Positions 40,101 to 49,740 of a stretch of 64,000 nt of DNA are shown here, in pieces. The DNA comes from an uncultured Chloroflexia bacterium (lineage in GTDB: Bacteria > Chloroflexota > Limnocylindria > Limnocylindrales > CSP1-4), in NCBI GenBank assembly GCA_963707215.1, contig CAVPPB010000003.1, positions 1,024,001 to 1,088,000 on the forward strand. The letters run 5' to 3'. Both the position numbers and the translations under genes were made by a program. A model generated the notes under the pieces. The model did no database searches, was not told the DNA's origin, and worked only from the letters and a program-made list of their open reading frames with translations. Numbering within the stretch: position 1 is the stretch's first letter; every line of letters begins with the position of its first letter.

Positions 40101-40908
40101 CACCGCGCCGGGCGAACTCGCCGCGACCGGCGACCTCCAGGACCCGCGTGTAGCCAAGGTCGTGGAGCTCCCGCAGGAACGCCTCCAGGTCGATGCGGCC
40201 CGCGGCCCGGACCACTCGCGGGTCGGGCAGGTCGTCGGGCGGGATCGTGGTCTGGAGGAGGGCCTGGACCGACGCGACGAGGACCGGCGCCCGGCCGGTC
40301 CGCCAGGCCGCCAGCGCGGCGACGCGGCTCGCCGTCTCGTCGGGCACGAGTTCGCTTCGCTCGTAGGCGAGGGCGGTCCGCGGCTCGAGGATGGCCACCG
40401 CTGCAGGGTCGCCCAGCCAGGCGCCGAGCTCCTCGGAGACCCGATCGCCGATCTCCGCGTCGCGGGCGATCCAGCAGACCCGCTCATCGGCCTGAGCGAG
40501 GGCAGCCGCGAGGTACGTCTTGGCGGCGTGGGGCACCGTCGTCACCGACGCGTGGCGGCCGGCTCGAGGCGCTGGGGCCTCGCCAGGTCCGCCGAGCCGC
40601 TCGACGAGCGTCGCGAAGGAGCCCGAGCCGGTCAGCAGGCCGGGCAGGCGTGAGAGATCGGGGATGCGACGACCGCCGCGGGGCGCCCGGCTGCCCGGAG
40701 CAGGCGCAGCCGACCGGCGGGTCCCACCGCGACCGGTCTGCGGGACGGCGCCGGCGCGATCACGGGCGAGCTCGACCTCGGCGTCGACCGCCGAGACCTC
40801 CAGGTCCGGGCCCCCGGCGAGCGGTCCCCGACGGGCGACGGCCTCACCGACGAGCCGGTCGACCTCCCGCCGCCGCGAGGCCCGCTGGCCGCGCAGCTGC
40901 GGGCTCAC
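37123..40908 (-). CDS. mfd: Transcription-repair coupling factor
   Basis: RGGIVDLF, CarD-like VVHIDHGI, GDVGYGKTEVA, DEEQRFG, QLRGRVGR, DLEIRGAGN; start uncertain. Confidence 0.95.
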   Translation of the reverse strand: MSPQLRGQRASRRREVDRLVGEAVARRGPLAGGPDLEVSAVDAEVELARDRAGAVPQTGRGGTRRSAAPAPGSRAPRGGRRIPDLSRLPGLLTGSGSFATLVERLGGPGEAPAPRAGRHASVTTVPHAAKTYLAAALAQADERVCWIARDAEIGDRVSEELGAWLGDPAAVAILEPRTALAYERSELVPDETASRVAALAAWRTGRAPVLVASVQALLQTTIPPDDLPDPRVVRAAGRIDLEAFLRELHDLGYTRVLEVAGRGEFARRGGIVDLFPPSAELPVRLELFGDEIDSIRAFDPTDQRSVGPAGPIELLPASEFLRPPGGAGSIRARLGRLVDRLPERLAADLDRLEGAGDPLTRALAVGDAAEVWAPVLTATTGLDHVDPGALIVIDEPGDVADAAASLWRQEAERRGELIAAGELPERWPAPYPAERAWRSRLTASRTLELTWMTDLPQEATLARGGLASGDLFGWREPTVLPGRTGRLTDMVDGWAADAGRVVLTSDQAPRLAELLEEGGRPVAAVSRVAEPPHPGGVVLVERSLNGGFEGGPDGLVLVTDRELFGSVRVRRPKALRRVVPRDLLERLTPGDLVVHIDHGIARYERMIRRSSGLGDDRDFLELRFAAGDRIFVPVEQIERLSRYSGGESPTLSRLGGTEWLRTKQRVKRAVTDLASELLELYAARAAARGHAFEPDTPWQGELEASFPYEETPDQLRAIAEVKVDMEAVQPMDRLVVGDVGYGKTEVALRAAFKAVQDGRQVAVLVPTTVLADQHFRTFSQRFAAFPIAVRLLSRFVGPAEQGRTVAGLADGSVDLVIGTHRLLSKDVAFRDLGLVVVDEEQRFGVAAKERLKRLRREVDVLTLSATPIPRTLNLALAGIRDLSVIETPPEDRLPIQTRVAEASAGLVRDAILRELDRGGQVFFVHNRVETIEAQADQLRRMLPEARIVVGHGQMSEGALEGVMVGFAGGEADVLVSTTIIESGLDIPNANTIVIDRADQLGLAQLYQLRGRVGRSSRRAYAYLLYRRRERMSDEARKRLQAIFNASELGAGFQIALADLEIRGAGNILGAEQSGHMAAVGFDLYSRLLGEAVEEQKASLEGRAPVVERPQAVLDLPLEAHLPDDYVPDEAQKLELYRRLARARTPGDIAAFRQEVLDRFGPLPEPVLRLAEVAELRLRAEEVGVSSISREDGQLVVRFGAELSRATAMRLLAPTGPGGSLPGVRPGELTFASNQVRIRLPHEPGRAWQLTQAVVARLGVDG

Positions 40909-41591
40909 CGGCCCTCTCCCGGCGACCGCACCTTGCGCCAGCCGGTCCGGGTGCGGCGGATCCCGTCGGCATCGGGCGGGCCGTCGATCGCCCCCGGCGG
41001 GGCCAGGCGCTCCGGGTCCGCCGGGCGCAGCTGGAAGGCGTTGAACCGGTTGGCGGCCTTGTTGGTGCCCTCCCGGGCCCAGGCCTCGACGGCGTCGGCG
41101 GCCGCGTCGAGGAGCTCATCCAGGCGGAGTTGCTCCTCGGGCCCGAAGCGGCTCAGGACATGGTCGACGGCGTCGCGAGAGGGCTCCCCGATCCCCACCC
41201 GGAGGCGGCCGAACTTCTCGGTCCCGAGCTCTTCGATGATCGACCGCAGACCATTGTGCCCGCCGGCGCCCCCACCCTCGCGGAAGCGCAGCCGCCCGAA
41301 CGGTAGGGCGAAATCGTCGGCGACGACCAGGAGGTCGGGCAACGGAGCGCGCTCGCGGGCCAGCAGCTTGCGGACCGCCAGTCCGCTGTCGTTCATGTAG
41401 GTCAACGGCTTGGCCAGGACCAGGTCGAGGCCCGCGTGGCGGCCACGGACACTGGAGGCAGCATCGCGGTCACGCCCCCGGCCGCCCCAGCCTGCCCGGT
41501 CGGCAAGGCGGTCGAGGACCATCCAGCCGATGTTGTGGCGGGTCCGGGCGTACTGGCTGCCCGGGTTGCCGAGGCCGACGACGAGCTTCAC
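40905..41591 (-). CDS. pth: Peptidyl-tRNA hydrolase
   Basis: LVVGLGNPG, TRHNIG, KPLTYMN.SG, GGHNGL; GTG start with SD GGAGG. Confidence 0.95.
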   Translation of the reverse strand: MKLVVGLGNPGSQYARTRHNIGWMVLDRLADRAGWGGRGRDRDAASSVRGRHAGLDLVLAKPLTYMNDSGLAVRKLLARERAPLPDLLVVADDFALPFGRLRFREGGGAGGHNGLRSIIEELGTEKFGRLRVGIGEPSRDAVDHVLSRFGPEEQLRLDELLDAAADAVEAWAREGTNKAANRFNAFQLRPADPERLAPPGAIDGPPDADGIRRTRTGWRKVRSPGEGR

Positions 41592-41712
41592 TGGTCCTCC
41601 CTGCCGATCGGTGCCGACCCGGCCCTCGCGGCCACACCGAGCGGCCCCGGCGGCGTCCGCCCGGGGCCCAACCTCTGGATGGTACCCCGGTCGCGCGGCT
41701 CGCCGGGTCCGA

Positions 41713-42312
41713 TCAGGCGGAACCCGACCCTGGGTCCGGGTGGCCCACCGCGAGGAGGCGCCGTTCGAGGGCTCGCATCGCCGCCTCCTCGCGTGGCTCG
41801 GCATGGTCCCAGCCGCAGAGGTGCAGCGTCCCATGCGTCACCAGCAGGCACATCTCCTCGGTCGCCGACCAGCGCACGTCGCCGGTCTGGCCGCCCCGGC
41901 CGTCGGCAGCCTGATCGATGGCGCGCTCGACCGACACGACGACGTCCCCGAGGTGAGGCCTCCGGGTCGGCGGGGCGACGAACCGTGGCGTCGGTGCATC
42001 CGGAGTAGGATCCGGGGCGGCCGGGCCGCCTTCGTGCGGCGGGAACGCCTCGGGGCCAAGCAGCGGGAACGACAGAACGTCGGTCGGGCCGGACTTCCCA
42101 AGATGGGCCAGGTCGAGCGCGGCCAGCTCGCCGTCGTCGGACAGGACGAGGCCGACCGAGGCCGGGGCGGGAGCGCCTGCGGCGTCGAGCGCCGCTCCCA
42201 TGGCCCGAGCGAGCCGAGCGAGCGCGGCAGGCCGAGGCATGCCCGGTCGCTCGGTGACGTCGATCCGCCATGGCCCCACGTGGATCGAGCGAATTCGTGC
42301 GGGGGAGCCCAC
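41713..42312 (-). CDS. ybeY: rRNA maturation factor YbeY
   Basis: PTDVLSFP, LGDVVVS, HGTLHLCGWDH. Confidence 0.9.
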   Translation of the reverse strand: MGSPARIRSIHVGPWRIDVTERPGMPRPAALARLARAMGAALDAAGAPAPASVGLVLSDDGELAALDLAHLGKSGPTDVLSFPLLGPEAFPPHEGGPAAPDPTPDAPTPRFVAPPTRRPHLGDVVVSVERAIDQAADGRGGQTGDVRWSATEEMCLLVTHGTLHLCGWDHAEPREEAAMRALERRLLAVGHPDPGSGSA

Positions 42313-42314
42313 GC

Positions 42315-44474
42315 TCAGGCGCCGGTGCCTCGTCCGCCGCCCGCCTCACGGCGGGCCTCGAGCTCGACGACCTTGTTCTGCGGGTAGGCGATCCGCTGGT
42401 GGTACATACCCAGGAGTTGCTGGACGAACGCTTCACGGATCCTGTCGAGGTCGCGGATCGAAAGGTCCGAATCGTCGAACTGGCCGTCCTCCAGCCGCTC
42501 GCTGATGATGCGGGTCACCATGGCCCGGATCGTCGCCTCGTCGCGCGACGACAGCGAGCGGACCGACGCCTCCACGGCATCGGCCAGCATCAGGATCGCG
42601 GCTTCCTTGCTCTGGGGCTTGGGGCCGACATGCCGGAAGCGCCGCTCCTCCACCGCCTCCGCGGCCTTCTTGCCGGCCTCGGTCTCCAGGCCGCCGTAGG
42701 GCTCCGCGGCCGCCTCACGGGCCTTCGACCAGAAGTAGCTGATCCGGCCGGTCCCGTGGTGCTGCGGGATGAAGGCGATGAGGCTCCGCGGCAGGCCGTA
42801 CTTGTAGGCGATGTCGATCCCGTCGGCCACGTGCTGCTTCAGCACCTGGGCCGATTCCTCGGGCTCCAGGGTGTCGTGGATGTTGTCGCCACCGGCCTGG
42901 TTCTCGATGAAGCCCAGGGGGTTCGCGAGCTTGCCGACGTCGTGGTAGTAGGCGGCTACCCGGGCCGTCAGCGGGTCGGCCCCGACCGCCTCGGCCGCTC
43001 GCTCGGCGAGGTTGCCGACCATCAGCGAGTGATGGTACGTACCGGGCGTCTCGACCAGCAGGCGTCGCAGCAGGGGCTGGGATGGATTCGCCAGCTCCTG
43101 GAGCTGGAACACCGTCACGATGCCGAACACGCTGCCGAGGACGGCGAACAGCCCGACGGTCGCGATCGCGGCCCCGCCCGCCGAGGCAGCTGCCGCGACG
43201 AGGAGCTGGAGGGTGCCCTGCAGGTCGAATTCGCCGAGGAGGGCGAAGGTGCCCACGGCAGCGGCCTGGGCGACCGCCACGGCGATCCCGGCCTGGAAGA
43301 AGACGTTGACCCGATCGCCTCGTCGGATAGCGATGATCCCGGCCAGACCGCCCAGGAAGACGTAGGCCGTGATCTCGAGCGAGCCGCCGTTGACGCTGCC
43401 GGCGAGGAGGGCAAGGATCGCCGTGACCATCGTCGCGGCCCAGGCGTCGAGCAGGATCGCGAGCAGCATGCCGGCCGCGGCCAGGGGCACGAAGTAGGGC
43501 AGGACGGACCGGCCCGCGGTCAGCTTCAGGGCCAGCGCCGAGAAGACGATGACCAGGGCGATGAGGATCAGCACGTTGCGTCGGTGCCAGAGCGCTGGCC
43601 GGAAACGCCAGAGCCAGATCAACAGCGGCACGACGAGGAGGGCCGCGAGGGCCACCCAACCGGCCAATCTGGCGAGGTCGGGGCGGGCCACGTCGAGCCC
43701 GAACTGCTCGATCTGCTCGACCGCCAGCGGCGTGACCAGCTCGCCGTCGGCGACGATGAGCTGGCCCCGCTGGACGTTGACGACGACGGGCGCGACCGCG
43801 GCGGCGGACTGGTCGCGCATCTCGTCGGTCAGCTCCTGGCTGTACGACGAGTTGGGAACGACGAGCGGCTCGATGGTCTCGGCCGCGAGGCCCCGCTCCT
43901 CGGGCGTAAGGGTCAGGGACATGCGGCTGGCCAGGCCGGACTTGACGAACGCGACGTCCGCATCGCGGAGCTCGGCCCGCAGGATCTGATCGAGGACCCG
44001 GGCGGCCTCGGTCCGGACGGCGTTCCAGCGCTCCTCGGTCAGGGCGGCGAGCGTCTCGGTGGACTCCGGCGAGAGGTCGTCGATCGCGTTCCTGAGGAGG
44101 AGGTCCTCCTCCTCGGGGGTCAGAGCGGCGGCGAAGGCCGCGTCCACCGCGGCCGTGCGCTCGTTGAAGGCCAGCAGCTGCTGCTCGGCGATCGCCGCAG
44201 CCTTCTCCGCCGTGTAGTCGTACTGCGGCCCGACGGCGGCCCGTGCGGCTTCGCGCGCGGCCTCGGTCTCCACCGCGCTCTCGTACTCGAGCGCGCGCGG
44301 CGCCCGGACGTCCTCGGCCGCCACGGCGCCGACCTCCAGGTTCACCTGGTTCGGGAGGACATCGATCGCGAGGATCGCCCCGAGGACACCGACCAGGATC
44401 AGCGAGGTGACGAGCAGCTGGACGAGGTCGGCCCGGGTGAAGGTCCGGACAGCATAGGTCCGCTGCGAGAGCAC
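42315..44474 (-). CDS. 7TM-HD phosphohydrolase (PgpH-like, candidate c-di-AMP phosphodiesterase)
   Basis: Extracellular domain + 7 TM + PGTYHHS, YYHDVGK, FIENQ, HHGT, MLADAVEA, RIAYP. Confidence 0.9.
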   Translation of the reverse strand: MLSQRTYAVRTFTRADLVQLLVTSLILVGVLGAILAIDVLPNQVNLEVGAVAAEDVRAPRALEYESAVETEAAREAARAAVGPQYDYTAEKAAAIAEQQLLAFNERTAAVDAAFAAALTPEEEDLLLRNAIDDLSPESTETLAALTEERWNAVRTEAARVLDQILRAELRDADVAFVKSGLASRMSLTLTPEERGLAAETIEPLVVPNSSYSQELTDEMRDQSAAAVAPVVVNVQRGQLIVADGELVTPLAVEQIEQFGLDVARPDLARLAGWVALAALLVVPLLIWLWRFRPALWHRRNVLILIALVIVFSALALKLTAGRSVLPYFVPLAAAGMLLAILLDAWAATMVTAILALLAGSVNGGSLEITAYVFLGGLAGIIAIRRGDRVNVFFQAGIAVAVAQAAAVGTFALLGEFDLQGTLQLLVAAAASAGGAAIATVGLFAVLGSVFGIVTVFQLQELANPSQPLLRRLLVETPGTYHHSLMVGNLAERAAEAVGADPLTARVAAYYHDVGKLANPLGFIENQAGGDNIHDTLEPEESAQVLKQHVADGIDIAYKYGLPRSLIAFIPQHHGTGRISYFWSKAREAAAEPYGGLETEAGKKAAEAVEERRFRHVGPKPQSKEAAILMLADAVEASVRSLSSRDEATIRAMVTRIISERLEDGQFDDSDLSIRDLDRIREAFVQQLLGMYHQRIAYPQNKVVELEARREAGGGRGTGA

Positions 44475-44480
44475 GACCGC

Positions 44481-44963
44481 CTAGCCCCCGTGACCCGGAT
44501 CGTGGGCTGCCAGGTCCGCCCGGGCCAGGGCCTGGGCGGCGAGCTCGCTGACGCGGCGCCCGTCGGCCCGGCCTCGCGTCCGCGGCGAGAGCCAGCCCAT
44601 GACCTTGCCCATGTCGCGTGCCGACGTGGCCCCGACCACCGAGACGGCCTGGTCGACGAGCGCACCGATCTCGTCGTCGGTCAGGGGGGCGGGCATGAAC
44701 TCGGCCAGGACGGCCACGGCGGCCTCCTCCGGCTTGGCGAGATCGGGCCGTCCGCCGGCCCGGAACGCCTCGATCGACTCACGGCGAGTCTTCAGCTCAC
44801 GCGCCAGCACGGCCAGCTGTTCGTCCTCGGAGAGGGGCCGGCGCTGGGCCTTCTCGGCGTTGTAGAGGGCGCTCTGCGCCATCCGCAGCACGTCGCGGCG
44901 CAGCACGTCACCGGACCGCATGGCGGCGGTGATCTCGGTCTGGATCCGCTCTTGAGGGGTCAC
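44481..44963 (-). CDS. yqeY: GatB/YqeY domain protein
   Basis: AMRSGD, K.RRESIEAF...GR.DL, DMGKVMG, GRADG. Confidence 0.9.
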   Translation of the reverse strand: MTPQERIQTEITAAMRSGDVLRRDVLRMAQSALYNAEKAQRRPLSEDEQLAVLARELKTRRESIEAFRAGGRPDLAKPEEAAVAVLAEFMPAPLTDDEIGALVDQAVSVVGATSARDMGKVMGWLSPRTRGRADGRRVSELAAQALARADLAAHDPGHGG

Positions 44964-45027
44964 CGGACGGCTCCTCGGGTGGCTCGGTCGATCCTCGACG
45001 ATCGGTCCCGGCCGCCCGTGGTGCTGG

Positions 45028-45213
45028 TCAGCCCTGCGACTGTCGGGCGGCCTTCTTGCGCTTCGCTTCCTTGCGCTTGCGCTTCACGCTCGGCTTCTCG
45101 TAGTGCTCGCGGCGGCGAGCTTCTGCGAGGATGCCGCTCTGCTGGATCTTCTTGTTGAAGCGTCGCAGGGCGCTCTCGAAGGTCTCGTTCTCACCGACTC
45201 GGACTTCGGCCAA
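45028..45213 (-). CDS. rpsU: 30S ribosomal protein S21
   Basis: TTG start with SD GGAGGTGA; [17 protein letters not shown]. Confidence 0.96.
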   Translation of the reverse strand: MAEVRVGENETFESALRRFNKKIQQSGILAEARRREHYEKPSVKRKRKEAKRKKAARQSQG

Positions 45214-45334
45214 TCCGGCGTCACCTCCCCGGGCCTGAGGTTCGTGGCGATGGTCGCCGCGCCCGGCCCAGGTGCGCGGTCCACGTCGTCGGGTGCCTCG
45301 GCACGAAGCGTGCCGGGGTCCGACGGCCCGGCGG

Positions 45335-45363
45335 AGCATAGCCCGAGCCCCCCGGTGGGTCAA
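45335..45363 (-). promoter_or_regulatory. sigma70-type promoter of rpsU
   Basis: TTGACC-N17-TATGCT on the minus strand. Confidence 0.7.
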
Positions 45364-45551
45364 ACCCCCGGATGGCCCTTCCGACGGCTCCGGGACCGAT
45401 CCGGGGAGCCTGGGGCGCGAGCAACGACCGCGGCAGGGATTGCCGGGGGTCCGCTCATCGGCCACGATGCGCTCGGGGGTCGGCGCATCGGCGGGCGTCC
45501 GGGCGCAACGCCGGGCGACCGAAGGCGTCCACCTGTCAGAGGAGGTCGGTC

Positions 45552-47285
45552 ATGACGACGGGGAACGAGGGGCCCGACGCGATCACCAGCGACCCCCCGC
45601 CGGCTGGCGCCACGATCGTCGGCCACCAGCCGATCGCGGCACCCACCCGGACGCTCGTCGACCTGCTCGAGCGCGCCGCGGCGCGGTTCGGCGATCGGCC
45701 CGCCGTCAGCATGCAGGCCGACGACGGCACGATGATCCGCTGGAGCTACCGCGAGCTGGAGCGGCGCAGCCGTCTGGCCGCCTGGCGGCTGCGGGCGCGA
45801 GGCCTGGAGGCCGGCGACCGGCTCCTGACCTGGTCGCCGTCGGCGCCCGAGCTGGTCGCCGTCTATTTCGGGGCGATGCGGGCCGGGGTCATCCTCGTGC
45901 CCCTCGATCTCCGGATGGCCCCCGACGCCGCCCGACGGATCGCCGAGCGATCCGAGGCAGGCCAGCTGGTCCTGGGCACCGGACGCGACGCACCCGACCC
46001 GACCGGCTCCGGCCTCGAACGCCTGCCGACGACGACGACCGAGGCGCTCTGTGCGGATCCCGGGCCCGACGTCCCCCACGATTGGGCGGGCCAGCTGATG
46101 GCATGGCGGCGACCGACGCCCGACGACGTCTACCTGCTCGTCTACACCTCCGGCACGACCGGCACGCCCAAGGGCGTGATGCTCACCCACGCCAACACGG
46201 TGGCCGGGATCGACGGCTTCCACCACATCATCCCGGACATCGAGTACCGGATCGTGTCCCTGCTGCCGATGTCCCATCTCTTCGAGCAGGCCATCGGCCT
46301 CTACCTGACCCTCGACCTTGGGGCCGACATCCTTTACGTCCGCAGCCGCAACCCGAGGATCGTCACCGAGGCCATTCGGGCCCACCGAACGACCGGGATG
46401 GTCATGGTCCCCCAGTACCTCGACCTGTTCTGGACCGGCCTGGCCCGGGAGATCGAGCGGCGCGGGCACCGGGCCCTCTTCGACCGGGCTCGACGGGCCG
46501 CCCGCCGCCTGCCGCTGACCCTGCGTCGGCGGATCTTCGCCTTCGTCCGGGACCCGGTCCTGGGTCGCGACTTCGCGCTCTTCGTCTCGGCGGGCGCCTT
46601 CCTGCCGCCCGCCGTCCAGCAGGGCTGGGAGGACATCGGCATCGTGGTCCTCCAGGGCTACGGCTCGACCGAGACGGGCTCGGGCACCTGCACGACCTGG
46701 GACGACCATCCCGTCGGCACGGTCGGACGGCCCCTCCCGGGGGTGGAGATGCGGATCGCCGACGATGGCGAGGTCTCCTTCCGCGGCCCGACCGTGACCC
46801 GCGGCTACTGGGAGGACCCCGAGGCCACGGCCGCCGCCTTCACCGAGGACGGCTTCTACCGGACGGGCGACCTCGGTCACCTCGATCCGGGCGGCCGACT
46901 CGTGCTCCATGGCCGCAAGAAGGACATGATCGTCCTGCCGAACGGCCTCAACGTCTTCCCGGAGGACGTCGAGAACGCCCTGCGGGTGGCCGGGATCCGG
47001 GAATCGGTCGTGCTCGAGACGGAGCCGGGCCGGATCGAGGCGATCGTGCTCCGGGCCGGCGATCGTCCATCCGGCGGTGACGAGGCCGACGAAGCCGAGC
47101 GGCTCGGGGTGGACGCGGCCGTCAAGGCGGCCAACGCGGGCCTCGCGGTCCATGCCCGGGTCGCCGACTGGCGCTTCTGGTCCGACGACGACTTCCCGCG
47201 GACGCTGACGATGAAGGTCAAGCGCAACGAGGTCCGCGCAGCCGTCACCTCGACGGCCCCGCTCCAGGTCCGCGGGTCGGACTGA
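45552..47285 (+). CDS. Long-chain acyl-CoA synthetase (AMP-binding family)
   Basis: YTSGTTGTPKG, LPMSHLFE, QGYGSTE, TGDLG, GRKKDMI. Confidence 0.9.
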   Translation: MTTGNEGPDAITSDPPPAGATIVGHQPIAAPTRTLVDLLERAAARFGDRPAVSMQADDGTMIRWSYRELERRSRLAAWRLRARGLEAGDRLLTWSPSAPELVAVYFGAMRAGVILVPLDLRMAPDAARRIAERSEAGQLVLGTGRDAPDPTGSGLERLPTTTTEALCADPGPDVPHDWAGQLMAWRRPTPDDVYLLVYTSGTTGTPKGVMLTHANTVAGIDGFHHIIPDIEYRIVSLLPMSHLFEQAIGLYLTLDLGADILYVRSRNPRIVTEAIRAHRTTGMVMVPQYLDLFWTGLAREIERRGHRALFDRARRAARRLPLTLRRRIFAFVRDPVLGRDFALFVSAGAFLPPAVQQGWEDIGIVVLQGYGSTETGSGTCTTWDDHPVGTVGRPLPGVEMRIADDGEVSFRGPTVTRGYWEDPEATAAAFTEDGFYRTGDLGHLDPGGRLVLHGRKKDMIVLPNGLNVFPEDVENALRVAGIRESVVLETEPGRIEAIVLRAGDRPSGGDEADEAERLGVDAAVKAANAGLAVHARVADWRFWSDDDFPRTLTMKVKRNEVRAAVTSTAPLQVRGSD

Positions 47286-47309
47286 CCCTGGTCGGGCGCC
47301 TCCCCCGGG

Positions 47310-47846
47310 TCAGGAGCTGACCGGCCAGCCGACCCCGAGCGTCTCGAGGGCCGCGGCGACCGCGGCCTCGCCATCGGGTTCGGTCGACCCACCCGGCGAC
47401 CACGCGTGGAAGACGAGGGCGGCCCCGGCCTGGCGGATCGTGAACAGCGAGTCGGTCGGGAACTGCACCCGGCCGATCCCGCTGGCCACGTACTCGGCCC
47501 ACTGGCTGCCGGCGGCCGAGGCGGCCGTCGCGTCGACGAACTCGTAGATGACGACGTAGCCGCCCGTGGGCGCCTTCGGCAGGACCGCCTGGAGGACGTG
47601 CCGGGGCGCCGCCGCCACGAGCGCCGATTCGCCGGGACGGTAGGCGACCTGGGCGTCCCGGACGACGATGGCCGCCTCGCCGAGCGCGGCGATGACGTCC
47701 GCCCGGGTCGCCTGGAGGGTCGGACTCAGGGACGCCTGGGCGACCGGCGGCGCCGGCGGGACGGTGTCGGTCACGGCACCGAGCCCACATCCGGCGACGA
47801 GCACCCCGAGGATGGCGACCCCGATGCCGGCACGCAGTCCCTTCAC
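47310..47846 (-). CDS. Hypothetical lipoprotein
   Basis: GTG overlaps the HIT stop; signal ending LVAGC. Confidence 0.7.
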   Translation of the reverse strand: MKGLRAGIGVAILGVLVAGCGLGAVTDTVPPAPPVAQASLSPTLQATRADVIAALGEAAIVVRDAQVAYRPGESALVAAAPRHVLQAVLPKAPTGGYVVIYEFVDATAASAAGSQWAEYVASGIGRVQFPTDSLFTIRQAGAALVFHAWSPGGSTEPDGEAAVAAALETLGVGWPVSS

Positions 47847-48187
47847 CCGGGAGGCCAGTCGAAGGAGCGGCCGCCCATCAGGTGGAGGTGCAGATGGTCG
47901 ACGGTCTGGCCGCCCCACCGGCCGACGTTGGCGACGAGCCGGTAGCCGCGCTCGGCGATGCCCTCCCGTCGGGCCACGTCGGCGGCGACCGAGAAGAGCC
48001 GCCCGAGCAGTGGCCCGTCGGCATCGGTCAGGTCGAGGGCCGAGGCGACGTGCCGGCGGGGCAGCAGCAGGATGTGGGTCGGTGCCCGCGGGGCGATGTC
48101 GCGGATCGCGACGACGAGGTCGTCCGCGTGGATCATCGTCGACGGCACCTCGCCGGCGGCGATCTTGCAGAACAGGCAATCGCTCAT
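47843..48187 (-). CDS. hit: Histidine triad nucleotide-binding protein (HINT)
   Basis: CLFCKI, DIAP.AP.H, QTVDHLHLH. Confidence 0.93.
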   Translation of the reverse strand: MSDCLFCKIAAGEVPSTMIHADDLVVAIRDIAPRAPTHILLLPRRHVASALDLTDADGPLLGRLFSVAADVARREGIAERGYRLVANVGRWGGQTVDHLHLHLMGGRSFDWPPG

Positions 48188-49740
48188 GACGCCACTCCCT
48201 CGACGCTGCTGGACGATGGTGCCACGACGGCGGATCCGTCGAGCGGGAGCATCGGCAGCCCGGGTCGGATCGGGCGGCCATGCCCCACCTCGAGCGCTCG
48301 CCCGACGACCCGGCCGGGTACGCCCGTGTCGATGCCCTCCAGGCGGCATCGGACGATCGCGTTGCCGAGATCGCCGGCGTCGCTGCCGAAGAGGACGACC
48401 GCCTGGTGGTCCTCGGCATGGCCGATCCAACGGCCGTCGGCCAGGCGCCCCTCGACGAGGACCCGATCGATGGCGCCGACCCGGCTGGCAGCGCGCCGTG
48501 CGCCCAGCCCTGCCGCGAGGTCCAGGAGCCGGGCCGCCCGGGTCCGCCGGATCGACGCTGCGACCTGGCCCGCCATCCGGACCGCCGGGGTACCGGGCCG
48601 CTCCGAGTAGCGGAAGACGTGGAGACCGGCCGGGGCGAGGTCCTCGAGGAAGTCGATCGTCCGGTCGAACGCGGCGTCGTCCTCGGTCGGGAAGCCGGCG
48701 ATGACATCGGCGTGGACGGCGACCTCCGGCAGGACCTGGCGGGCCCGCTCGACGACCCGGGCATAGGCCGCGGTGTCGTAGCGGCGCCCCATCCGCCGCA
48801 GCACGCCGTCGTCACCCGACTGGAGCGGGACGTGAAGGTGGGGCATGCACCGGCCGACGCCGGCACCGGCCCAGGTCTCCAGCAGCGCCTCGTCGACGTG
48901 CTGCGGCTCGATCGAGGAGAGGCGGATCCGCTCGACGTCGGTCTCGTCAAGGATCCGCCGGACCAGGCCGGCCAGGGACAGGGCAGAGCGGACGTGCCGG
49001 CCGCGGAAGCCCCGCTCGGACCAGCCGCCGTCGTAGGTGCCGACGTTGATGCCGGTCAGGACGATCTCGCGGTGTCCGGCCGCGATGGCCCGGCGGACGT
49101 CGGCCAGGATCACCTCAGGTGGCAGCGACCGCTCGGGACCGCGGGCCCGCGGGATGATGCAGTAGGTGCAGTGGAAGGAGCAGCCGTCCTGGACCTTGAC
49201 GAAGGTCCGGGTCCGCTCAGCGATCGAGCGCCCGTCGGCGATCCCGTCGATGGGCGATGCCTCCACGCCCGACAGCGTGGGCAGAGGGCCGGCCGGACGG
49301 CCTGTGGCGTCGTCGATCCGATCGGCCAGGAGGTCGGCCAGCTCGGCCAGCAGATCCGCCTTGCCGTCGTTGTCGACGATGACCGCCCGGGGGTCGATGG
49401 CCGCGAACGTGGCCGGGTCGACCTGGATGGAGCAGCCCGTCACGATGAGGCGGGCGTCAGGAGACGACCGCCGGGCGCGCCGGACGGCCTGGCGGGACTT
49501 CTGATCGGCGACGCCGGTCACGGTGCAGGTGTTCACGAGGACGAGGTCGGCGGGGTCGGTGGCCGCGTCGACGAGGTGGACGCCGCCCGCCCGGAGCAGC
49601 CGGGCAGCGGCCTCGACCTCCGAGCGATTGACCTTGCAGCCGAGGTTCACGATGGCCGCGGTCCTCGGCACACCTGGCTCGACCCGGGCACCATCGCCCG
49701 TGCCACCCGTCGGCGTGAGGGCCTGGCCCGACCCCGTCAT
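48184..49740 (-). CDS. mtaB: tRNA t6A37 methylthiotransferase (radical SAM)
   Basis: LGCKVN, NTCTVT, VTGC, QDGCSFHCTYC, RLSSIEP, HVPLQSG, FRYSER.GT; canonical position after prmA. Confidence 0.9.
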   Translation of the reverse strand: MTGSGQALTPTGGTGDGARVEPGVPRTAAIVNLGCKVNRSEVEAAARLLRAGGVHLVDAATDPADLVLVNTCTVTGVADQKSRQAVRRARRSSPDARLIVTGCSIQVDPATFAAIDPRAVIVDNDGKADLLAELADLLADRIDDATGRPAGPLPTLSGVEASPIDGIADGRSIAERTRTFVKVQDGCSFHCTYCIIPRARGPERSLPPEVILADVRRAIAAGHREIVLTGINVGTYDGGWSERGFRGRHVRSALSLAGLVRRILDETDVERIRLSSIEPQHVDEALLETWAGAGVGRCMPHLHVPLQSGDDGVLRRMGRRYDTAAYARVVERARQVLPEVAVHADVIAGFPTEDDAAFDRTIDFLEDLAPAGLHVFRYSERPGTPAVRMAGQVAASIRRTRAARLLDLAAGLGARRAASRVGAIDRVLVEGRLADGRWIGHAEDHQAVVLFGSDAGDLGNAIVRCRLEGIDTGVPGRVVGRALEVGHGRPIRPGLPMLPLDGSAVVAPSSSSVEGVAS

